Source: Desulfobacteraceae bacterium UBA2245 (lineage in GTDB: Bacteria; Desulfobacterota; Desulfobacteria; Desulfobacterales; UBA2245). From it: a stretch of DNA of 64,000 nucleotides. Numbering within the stretch: the first letter of the stretch is position 1; the number at the start of each line of letters is the position of its first letter. The translations under genes were made by a program, and so were the position numbers. Below, piece by piece: positions 30,656 through 38,353 of the stretch. The stretch covers positions 193,389 through 257,388 of the forward strand of contig DDYB01000032.1 of the NCBI GenBank assembly GCA_002347265.1, given 5' to 3'. The notes beneath the pieces are model-generated. The model saw only the letters and a list, made by a program, of their open reading frames with translations, was not told where the DNA came from and searched no databases.

Positions 30656-31752
30656 CGGCCGCCGGTCCCCTTCTTCAGGTCAAAAATATCGTGGTGAAGC
30701 GGGGCGGAATTCCCGTTCTGGATATCCCCGACTTCAGGATCGAGCGGGGGGAGGTTCTGTCCCTGCTCGGACCGAACGGCTCCGGGAAATCCACGCTGCT
30801 TCTGACCTTGTCCAGCCTGTTGAAGCTGCACCAGGGCAAACTGATCTTCAAGGGCCGGGAGATTGACGGCCGCCGGAGCGAGCTGGACTATCGACGGCAG
30901 ATTGCCGTTGTATTTCAGGACCCGCTTCTTTTGGATACGACGGTGCTGGACAACGTGGCCTCCGGCTTGAAAATCCGGGGAATGGAAAAGGCGGGCCGTT
31001 TGCGGATCGCGGCGGAATACCTGGAACGCCTGGGAATCGCCCATCTGGCCAAACGATCCGCATCCAAACTCTCCGGTGGAGAGGCCCAGAGAACCAGTAT
31101 CGCCCGGGCCTTTGCGACCCGCCCGGCCATTCTTTATCTCGACGAACCCTTTTCCGCTCTGGATCCGCCCACGCGCGAAGCTTTGATCTCGGATCTCACC
31201 CGCATCCTCCGTGAAACGGACACCACGGCGGCCATTGCCACGCACGATCAGATGGAGGCCATGCGCCTTTCCGACCGCATGGCCGTTATCCAGCAGGGAA
31301 AGATCGCCCAGGCGGGCTCCGCGGAAGAGGTGATGAATCATCCGGTCAATGAATTTGTCGCCTCCTTTGTCGGAATGGACACGGTCCTGACCGGCAGGGT
31401 CCTGGAAAACCATAACAAGCACAGAATGATGATTGCCGTCGGCGATCGGGAGATCGAGGCCGTGGGGAATTTCCCTCCGGGAGAGCAGGTCCTGTGTTGC
31501 ATTCGTCCCGAAAACGTAACTCTCTCCACGGATTCACCCGAAGAACATAGCAGCGCCCGAAACAATTTTTCGGGCCGGATTGTGCGCATCGCACCCCACG
31601 GGCTTTTCTACCGCGTTGATCTTGACTGCGGTTTTGAGCTCATCTCCTACATCACCCGCATATCGCTGGACAGCCTGGCGCTCCGGGAAGGCCGGAAAGT
31701 CAAGGCCTCCTTCAAGGCCACCGCCGTCCATGTGATACGGAAATCGACATGA
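30652..31752 (+). CDS. tupC: tungstate ABC transporter ATP-binding protein with C-terminal TOBE domain
   Basis: GPNGSGKST, LSGGEAQR, LYLDEP, then a SARNNFSGRIV... TOBE-type tail. Confidence 0.88.
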   Translation: MTAAGPLLQVKNIVVKRGGIPVLDIPDFRIERGEVLSLLGPNGSGKSTLLLTLSSLLKLHQGKLIFKGREIDGRRSELDYRRQIAVVFQDPLLLDTTVLDNVASGLKIRGMEKAGRLRIAAEYLERLGIAHLAKRSASKLSGGEAQRTSIARAFATRPAILYLDEPFSALDPPTREALISDLTRILRETDTTAAIATHDQMEAMRLSDRMAVIQQGKIAQAGSAEEVMNHPVNEFVASFVGMDTVLTGRVLENHNKHRMMIAVGDREIEAVGNFPPGEQVLCCIRPENVTLSTDSPEEHSSARNNFSGRIVRIAPHGLFYRVDLDCGFELISYITRISLDSLALREGRKVKASFKATAVHVIRKST

Positions 31753-31800
31753 AGCGCCTTTTGCTTATTGAGTTTACATTTAACATAAGGAGGCAGTGCC

Positions 31801-32016
31801 ATGGCAGGTAGAATTTTTTACCGGGAACGCCGGAAGGTCGCCGAAGGGGAAAAGAAGCCGCGGTTCACTCTGGTCGCCGTAACGGGTGTTGATCTCACCT
31901 TCTATCCGAAACACATGCGCAAACAGGAACTGGAACAGATTGCCGAAGCGGTTGGGGCGGAATTGATTCTGCTGAAAGACGGCGAAAAAGGCGAGGAAGT
32001 GGAAGTCACGGAATAG
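31801..32016 (+). CDS. small conserved basic protein, paralog B (71 aa), unknown family
   Basis: AAGGAGG RBS 7 nt upstream. Paralog of 20611..20814. Tightly packed between tupC and the MoSto-like gene. Confidence 0.78.
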   Translation: MAGRIFYRERRKVAEGEKKPRFTLVAVTGVDLTFYPKHMRKQELEQIAEAVGAELILLKDGEKGEEVEVTE

Positions 32017-32032
32017 ACGGAGGGAGATTTTC

Positions 32033-32863
32033 ATGGGACTTTGGCGCGAAAGGGACGGACGACGTCTGCATGTAAAGAGTAAACTGATGGGGGAAAGTCT
32101 GATCAGCAAATCGTTTATGGAAAGTTTCACTGTTGCTCCGCAACGGAGGCTTTTCCCGGATGTGAACATTATCAAGATCGGAGGTCAATCCATCTGTGAC
32201 CGGGGCGTCAAGGCCCTTCCCCCGATAATTGAAGAAATTGTGGCGAACAAGAAAGAGCACAAGATGCTCATCACAACAGGAGGCGGGACCCGCAGCCGGC
32301 ATATTTATTCCATTGGCCTGGAACTGGGCATGCCGACGGGCATCATTGCCAAATTCGGCAGCTCCATCTCGGAACAGAATGCGCTGCTGGTGTCCACACT
32401 GCTGTCTTCCTGGGGCGGAATCAAGATCGGACATGATGAGGTCATCAAACTGTCAACCTACTTCGCTCAGGGCTGCATCCCCGTCATGCACGGGATGCCT
32501 CCCTATGATTATTTCGCTTTGCCGGCAAAAGGATGGCGCATCCCCATTCACCGAACGGATGTAGGCACCCTGATTCTGGCGGACCTGATCGGAGCACGCA
32601 ACTGTATCTATGTAAAGGATGAAGAGGGGCTGTATACGGATGATCCCAAAAAGAATTCCGATGCCGAATTCGTCCCCGAAATCAGCGCGTCGGAACTTCT
32701 GGCACAGGACTTTGACGATTTGATCATTGAACGGCCCTGCCTTGAGATTCTGCAGAACAGCGAGGTTATCGACAGCATTCAGATTGTCAACGGCCAGCAT
32801 GCGGGCAACATCACCCGGGCATTGAAGGGCGAACATGTGGGAACCATAATTCATAAAGGATAG
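32033..32863 (+). CDS. molybdenum storage protein (MoSto, MosA/MosB)-like amino-acid-kinase-family protein
   Basis: The amino acid kinase fold (IIKIGGQS, LITTGGGTRSRH) and the C-terminal GEHVGTIIHKG closely parallel the Azotobacter MosB sequence as recalled (GEHVGTLIRTG). GGAGGGAG RBS. Confidence 0.78.
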   Translation: MGLWRERDGRRLHVKSKLMGESLISKSFMESFTVAPQRRLFPDVNIIKIGGQSICDRGVKALPPIIEEIVANKKEHKMLITTGGGTRSRHIYSIGLELGMPTGIIAKFGSSISEQNALLVSTLLSSWGGIKIGHDEVIKLSTYFAQGCIPVMHGMPPYDYFALPAKGWRIPIHRTDVGTLILADLIGARNCIYVKDEEGLYTDDPKKNSDAEFVPEISASELLAQDFDDLIIERPCLEILQNSEVIDSIQIVNGQHAGNITRALKGEHVGTIIHKG

Positions 32864-33096
32864 CGCATCTCTCTGCAAATAGCTCTGCGACATCTACAGC
32901 GATCAAACGGTCAGATGAAGTAAAAATACAACCTGATGGGAAAAAGCCCATCAGGTCATGCAAAGTCACTGACGAGCCCAACCCGGAGGTCGCTGTACCG
33001 CGTAATTGCTAATAACCCATTGCATTATAACGCAATTCATACCGCCTTAATTGCGCTCAACCCTTCAAATTCAGTTCAAAAACAGATTCGAAGCTC

Positions 33097-33117
33097 AACC
33101 GGCTCAGCCGGTTTTTT
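33097..33117 (+). terminator. rho-independent terminator
   Basis: AACCGGC-tca-GCCGGTT followed by a T-run (GTTTTTTG). It lies about 235 nt after the MoSto-like stop codon. Confidence 0.6.
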
Positions 33118-33189
33118 GACGGCTGTCGGCATGTGCATCAGCAATGACGGTGTGACCGCCGCAATCGAAATGCGATAATGATTCACGAA

Positions 33190-34335
33190 TTACAGCTCGG
33201 CGATGATTTTGCCCGTGACGGCGGCCTCGTAGCCGGGAATCGCATCGATCTCTCTGCGCAGGGCCGCGGACTGGAGGACGTCCAGAAGGATTTTGACCGT
33301 GGGGTGACCGATCAAGTCGCCAGGAATGACTAGGTCGCACCGGACAGCCGTGATGGGAACGAAATCCAGGCTGAAAGCTTCGGCAATGGCCCTTAATCCC
33401 AGGGCGGCATCGGCCACGCTGCAGGCAACGCGGTAGGCGCCTTCGCGGTGGGAGGTCACTTCGTTACGATATCCACTGATGGCAGTTGTATTCACACCGG
33501 CGCTTTGCAGACAGTCGTCCAGCAGAATCCGCAGGGCCGCGCCCGGCTCACGGTTGACAAAACGAACCATGGGTCTGGCGAGATCGATAACGGAATGAAT
33601 GCCCAGAGGATTGCCCCTGGCCACCATCAAGCCCTCCTCCAGAAGCGAAAATCCCAGAATGCTTCCGTGTACTCCCGCCAGTTTCTGGCTGGCCAGGACC
33701 ACATTGGACTCCGTTTTGCCCGTGTTGTGCAGATGGATTCCGGCCACATGGGTCAAGCCTTCGGCCAGAGCGTTGAGAGCGCGATGAGTTGAGGCGAACC
33801 GGCAGTGTACGCGCGCGTCGGGCGCCATACGGGAAACGTAATGGGCGAGGATCTCAAAGGCCGGATCACAGCCCATCAGAATGAGGGTCTTATCGAGACA
33901 GCGCGAATGTGAAAAGATCTGCGCGCTTTTTCCGTCCCGGGTCAACAAGCCGTCCGCCGGGCGCAGGCCGAATCCAACGGACTCAGGACCCTGCAGAGAA
34001 ATACCCACCAGTCGATCACGGACCATCCCCAAAGCCAGCCGGGATGATGGCGCCTTTTGACCGTTGATTACATGAACTGGCCGCGTGTTTGGGGGTTCCT
34101 GTTCGGTGAACAGATCTTCCACCCGGCATTCGAAAATGCGGGCCAGACGAAGCGCGATGGCGGTATTGGGCAGATATCGCCCGGATTCAATGTCGTAAAT
34201 CGCCTGGCGCCGAACGTCGATTTCCTCGGCCAGCTTTTCCTGAGACCATCCCCTGGCCAGGCGGAATTGCTTGACCTTGCACGTAATGGCGTTGCTTTGT
34301 CGGGTCATAGGCCTTTTCTGTTCAAGTTTTGTCAT
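33190..34335 (-). CDS. XRE-family HTH regulator fused to a PBP-like (molybdate/tungstate-binding-type, PF12727-like) sensor domain
   Basis: N-terminal RLARGWSQEKLAEEIDVRRQAIYDIESG HTH. The C-terminal 250 aa follow the PBP_like pattern (GCDPA..., VAGIHL, VNREPGAALRILLD, ADAALGLRAIAEAF). Confidence 0.75.
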   Translation of the reverse strand: MTKLEQKRPMTRQSNAITCKVKQFRLARGWSQEKLAEEIDVRRQAIYDIESGRYLPNTAIALRLARIFECRVEDLFTEQEPPNTRPVHVINGQKAPSSRLALGMVRDRLVGISLQGPESVGFGLRPADGLLTRDGKSAQIFSHSRCLDKTLILMGCDPAFEILAHYVSRMAPDARVHCRFASTHRALNALAEGLTHVAGIHLHNTGKTESNVVLASQKLAGVHGSILGFSLLEEGLMVARGNPLGIHSVIDLARPMVRFVNREPGAALRILLDDCLQSAGVNTTAISGYRNEVTSHREGAYRVACSVADAALGLRAIAEAFSLDFVPITAVRCDLVIPGDLIGHPTVKILLDVLQSAALRREIDAIPGYEAAVTGKIIAEL

Positions 34336-34562
34336 TCCCCTGAGAAAATTTTATTGACCAATTTCATATCGTATGCAATGAGTTTCTGTCAAATGACAAT
34401 TAAAAACGTCATAATTGCATAAATTATACTTCAAACATTATATGATGTTGTTTTGGTCCAAATTGCAACAGCAGTTTTCAAGCGGTCAGCCCGAATGGCA
34501 TCGATCATCGAAACAGACGCCGCATGCCATTCAGACTGCCTCAAGGGAGAAATTCACAGGAA

Positions 34563-35288
34563 ATGAACGATATTTACAATGAATTGAAGCGGAGAGCGGC
34601 AAATGTTCTGGCGGCCCATCATCTGCTCGGAGAGAAGGTAGCTGTCAAAGCCCGAGCATTAAGCCCGACAGAGGCTATCGGAAATCCGGAAGCGGATGAT
34701 TTTCCGATTCAGAAAGGCAAGGAACGATTGATGCAGGCGGACATTCGGGGCGCTTTGGGCCAGGCGTTCACCGATCAATTTGGTGATTTTGAGGGAACTC
34801 TGGAAGAAATTCTGTCCGCCGAGCTGAACAGCAATTACCGCCGGGCAATTTTTGTGGCTGCATTGAACGCAGCTTTGCGTCATCTCAAGTTGATCAACGG
34901 CACCGTTCACTGCCGTGACGAGGAACCCAGACAGTGTGCCGAAGCGCTGGCGGATCATATTCAGAACCGCCATGGGAATGTAAAAATTGTCCAGATCGGC
35001 TTTCAGCCGAGAATGATAGAGTCTCTGTCTTCCCGGTTCACGATGCGGGTTCTGGATATGGACCGGGACAATATCGGCTCCCGCAAGTGCGGCGCCCTGA
35101 TCGAATCTCCCGAGGCCGCGGAAAAGGCCTTGGCCTGGGCCGACCTGCTGCTGGTGACCGGAACGACGCTTGTTAACGGCACCCTGCCGGCCTTTGTGGG
35201 TTCAAAGCCGGTACTCTTTTACGGAACCACCATTGCCGGGGCGGCTCACCTGATGGGGTGGGAGCGTTTTTGTCCGCGCAGCGCCTGA
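34563..35288 (+). CDS. DUF364/DUF4213-type putative heavy-metal chelation protein
   Basis: N-terminal enolase-N-like and C-terminal Rossmann-like pattern (VKIVQIGFQP..., DLLLVTGTTLVNGTL), directly upstream of modA. Confidence 0.65.
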   Translation: MNDIYNELKRRAANVLAAHHLLGEKVAVKARALSPTEAIGNPEADDFPIQKGKERLMQADIRGALGQAFTDQFGDFEGTLEEILSAELNSNYRRAIFVAALNAALRHLKLINGTVHCRDEEPRQCAEALADHIQNRHGNVKIVQIGFQPRMIESLSSRFTMRVLDMDRDNIGSRKCGALIESPEAAEKALAWADLLLVTGTTLVNGTLPAFVGSKPVLFYGTTIAGAAHLMGWERFCPRSA

Positions 35289-35445
35289 GGGCAAAATTGC
35301 GGGACAAACATCGAGAATATTCGAAAGGGTCGCTCGGTGCATTACCCGAATTCTCCGGATATCAACCATGGGCAACCCGTTATCGGTAATCAAAGATTGA
35401 ACGCTGAGCATCGACAAACTGAATTGCAAAGGAGAGGTTCAAAAA

Positions 35446-36246
35446 ATGAAATTTAAGAAACGTTTGTTATCTTTGTTGGCAGGGATGTTGCTGGTGCTGA
35501 CCGGCTTGGGGATGGATGCTTTCATCGGGAGCGGGGCTGTTGCGGAAACCGAGCTGCTCGTATTTGCCGCAGCCTCAACTACCGATGTCATCACCGAAAT
35601 CGGAGATCTGTATATGACCCGGGATCTAGGGCGCGTCAAGCCCTCATTTGCCTCATCATCCACGCTGGCCAAGCAGATTGCCAGCGGAGCGCCGGCCGAT
35701 ATTTTTCTTTCGGCCAATCCAAAGTGGATGGACTTTCTTGAAGAAAAAAATTTGCTGTTCAAAGAGACTCGATTCGATCTTCTGGGCAACCGGATTGTGC
35801 TGATTGCTCCGGCGGACAGTGCGTTGGGGCAGATCGATGTGGCGCCCGGACTTTCTCTGGCTGATCTTCTGGGAAAGGACGGGCGGCTGTCCACGGGTGA
35901 TCCGGACCATGTGCCGGCCGGCATGTACGGGAAAGAAGCGCTGCAGAACCTCGGCGTCTGGGATCAGGTCAAGGATCGTCTGGCCCCGATGAAAGATGTT
36001 CGAGCGGCCCTGGTCCTGGTGGAGCGCGGGGAAGCGCCCCTGGGACTGGTTTATGCCACCGATGCCGTTGTTTCCAAGAAGGTTCGCGTGGTCGGCACTT
36101 TCCCGGCCGACAGCCATCCGCCGATCGTTTATCCCGTGGCTGCGGTGTCCGGCGGGAAGACCTCCGAGGCCAGGCAGTTTATGGAGTTTCTGAAATCTCC
36201 GGAAGCTCGCGCGATTTTTGAAAAATATGGTTTTGAAGTGCGTTGA
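35446..36246 (+). CDS. modA: molybdate ABC transporter substrate-binding protein
   Basis: Signal peptide, VFAAAST, typical ModA length and sequence. Confidence 0.9.
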   Translation: MKFKKRLLSLLAGMLLVLTGLGMDAFIGSGAVAETELLVFAAASTTDVITEIGDLYMTRDLGRVKPSFASSSTLAKQIASGAPADIFLSANPKWMDFLEEKNLLFKETRFDLLGNRIVLIAPADSALGQIDVAPGLSLADLLGKDGRLSTGDPDHVPAGMYGKEALQNLGVWDQVKDRLAPMKDVRAALVLVERGEAPLGLVYATDAVVSKKVRVVGTFPADSHPPIVYPVAAVSGGKTSEARQFMEFLKSPEARAIFEKYGFEVR

Positions 36247-36944
36247 TGGACTTTTTTCGCCTGACATCGATGGAACTGGAAGCCCTGAGGCTGAGCCTGT
36301 GGGTGTCCGTTTGGGCCGTGGCCGCCAGTCTGCCCTTTGGCATTCTGGCGGCCTGGGTTCTGGCGCGCCTGCGTTTTCCCGGCAAAAGTCTTCTGGACGG
36401 CCTGGTGCATCTGCCGCTGGTATTGCCGCCGGTAGTGATGGGCTATGTGCTGCTGGTGATGCTCGGCCGCAACGGAGTCATCGGCGCGTTGTTGTATAAG
36501 TATCTGGGCGTTGTTTTCGCGTTTAACTGGAAAGGGGCTGCACTGGCCGCTGCTGTCATGGCATTTCCTTTGCTGGTCCGAGCGGTTCGACTGTCTCTTG
36601 AAGGAGTGGACTCCGGACTGGAAGCTGCAGCGCGTACTTTAGGGGCCGGTCCGGTGCGTGTATTTTTTACGGTCACGCTTCCCCTGATGGCGCCGGGAAT
36701 CATTACCGGCGTCATTCTTGCCTTTGCGCGCAGCCTGGGTGAATTCGGCGCCACCATCACCTTTGTATCCAACATTCAGGGACAAACCCAGACCCTGCCG
36801 CTGGCTCTTTACACCCTGACCCAGGTTCCGGACGGCGAAATGGGCGCCATGCGGTTATGTATTATTTCGATGCTGATCGCCATGGCGGCGCTGGTATGTT
36901 CTGAAATTCTGGCCCGGCGTTTTGCCGCCCGCTTGAAAGGATGA
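36243..36944 (+). CDS. modB: molybdate ABC transporter permease
   Basis: ARSLGEFGATITFVSNIQGQTQTLPLALY ModB signature. Confidence 0.92.
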   Translation: MMDFFRLTSMELEALRLSLWVSVWAVAASLPFGILAAWVLARLRFPGKSLLDGLVHLPLVLPPVVMGYVLLVMLGRNGVIGALLYKYLGVVFAFNWKGAALAAAVMAFPLLVRAVRLSLEGVDSGLEAAARTLGAGPVRVFFTVTLPLMAPGIITGVILAFARSLGEFGATITFVSNIQGQTQTLPLALYTLTQVPDGEMGAMRLCIISMLIAMAALVCSEILARRFAARLKG

Positions 36945-36950
36945 TTCGTT

Positions 36951-38066
36951 TTGGAGATCAGCGTGAGGCGCAAACAGGGAAATTTCGGGATCGATGCCTC
37001 TTTTCATGGGGCTGAATCGGGAGTGACCGCACTTTATGGTCCGTCAGGCGCCGGAAAAACATCAATCGTCAATATGGTGGCCGGTTTGACGCGACCCGAT
37101 GCCGGTCGCATCGCCATCAACGGTCTTTGTCTGTTTGATTCGGCCCAGCGCATCGATCTGCCGCCGGAAAAGCGTCGCATCGGCTATATTTTTCAGGACG
37201 GCCGTCTGCTGCCCCACCTTTCGGTGCGTTCCAACCTGAACTTCGGAATGCACCGGACGCCGGCAGGCCGGCGTTTTGTACATTTTGACCAGGTTGTGGA
37301 TCTTCTCGGCATCGGCCATCTGCTCCATCGCCGGCCGGCCAAACTTTCCGGCGGCGAGAAACAGCGCGTGGCCATCGGACGGGCTCTGTTGACCAGCCCG
37401 GCCATGCTGCTCATGGACGAGCCTCTGGCCTCCCTGGACTCAGCCCGAAAGGCCGAGGTGCTGCCCTTTATCATGCGTTTGGGCCGTGAGTTTTCCATTC
37501 CCATTCTCTACGTCAGTCATGCCATGGATGAAATACTCAATCTGGCGACTCATATGGCAATAATGGAAGAAGGCCGCGTCCTGGCCTGCGGAAACATAGA
37601 GGATCTTTTGTCCCGCTCGGACCTGCAGACCTTTTTCGGAAGAACGGAAATCGGAACGGTGATTTCAACAGTGGCCGAGAATCCGAAAGATTCCTTCGGT
37701 CTGGCCCACCTGCGTTTTGGCGGCAGAATTCTGAAAGTGCAGGGCATTCAGGCAGCCCCGGGCGCCCTGGTGCGGGTGCGCATTCCGGCCAGTCATGTTG
37801 CGATTGCGCTGAAAGCGCCCGAACAGACCAGCCTGCAGAACATTTTCCCCGGAATAATTTGCGAGATACTGGATCAGGGTGCACATTTCGTGGAAGTGCG
37901 TCTGGACATCGGGTGCGCTCTTTGGGCCCGTATCACCCGCCAATCCTGCTTGAATCTGGATCTGAAGCCAGGTCTGCCCGTTTTTGCATTGATCAAGAGC
38001 GTTGCGGTTTCTCTGGGCGCATCCACCCGAATTGGAACACCGGACTTCATGACATCCTGTTTGTAG
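36951..38066 (+). CDS. modC: molybdate ABC transporter ATP-binding protein with TOBE domain
   Basis: GPSGAGKTS, LSGGEKQR, LLMDEP, C-terminal TOBE-like region. Confidence 0.9.
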   Translation: MEISVRRKQGNFGIDASFHGAESGVTALYGPSGAGKTSIVNMVAGLTRPDAGRIAINGLCLFDSAQRIDLPPEKRRIGYIFQDGRLLPHLSVRSNLNFGMHRTPAGRRFVHFDQVVDLLGIGHLLHRRPAKLSGGEKQRVAIGRALLTSPAMLLMDEPLASLDSARKAEVLPFIMRLGREFSIPILYVSHAMDEILNLATHMAIMEEGRVLACGNIEDLLSRSDLQTFFGRTEIGTVISTVAENPKDSFGLAHLRFGGRILKVQGIQAAPGALVRVRIPASHVAIALKAPEQTSLQNIFPGIICEILDQGAHFVEVRLDIGCALWARITRQSCLNLDLKPGLPVFALIKSVAVSLGASTRIGTPDFMTSCL

Positions 38067-38353
38067 CCGGGTGTTTGAGAAATAAGATTCAAACCTTTCT
38101 CGGACACAATTCGCATTGGATGCAATGCTTCCGAATGCATTGATTTTCCGCTATCCCCCATCAATCGATTCCTGATTTCCCATCCTGTTTTTTATTATGT
38201 TTTTTATTGACATCGAGGGATTGTATGGTATTTAACTGTGCCTTATATGACATATATCAGGATCGGCATATTGAGACTTTTTCAAGCCGTAAAATATATT
38301 TTGTACCGTGATGAAATGAATCGGTAATAAACATATTGCGAAAGGAGTTTCCA

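Noticed and set aside
31801-32016. The small proteins considered as molbindins (Mop, ~7 kDa TOBE proteins), given their size and Mo/W context.
   Set aside because: There is only a loose local resemblance (…EL…GAEL…K). The N-terminal half is a basic tail unlike the TOBE beta-barrel pattern (no SARNxLxGxV start). Homology cannot be supported by eye, so they are left as an unknown family.
32936-33178. 80-aa ORF between the MoSto-like gene and the XRE-PBP regulator.
   Set aside because: It has no RBS and an unremarkable sequence, and it runs through a terminator hairpin. The region is better explained as non-coding RNA or UTR.
33190-34335. The regulator considered as a TunR-family tungstate regulator.
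   Set aside because: As I recall the published description, TunR combines a XerC/D-like DNA-binding domain with ModE-type Mop domains. This protein instead has a Cro/C1-type HTH and a PBP-like domain, so it is called generically.
38113-38142. Three segments (GCATTG / GCAATGC / TGCATTG) able to form mutually exclusive hairpins after modC, attenuator-like.
   Set aside because: The stems are only 6-7 bp with a weak T-run, too short to distinguish from chance in this context.
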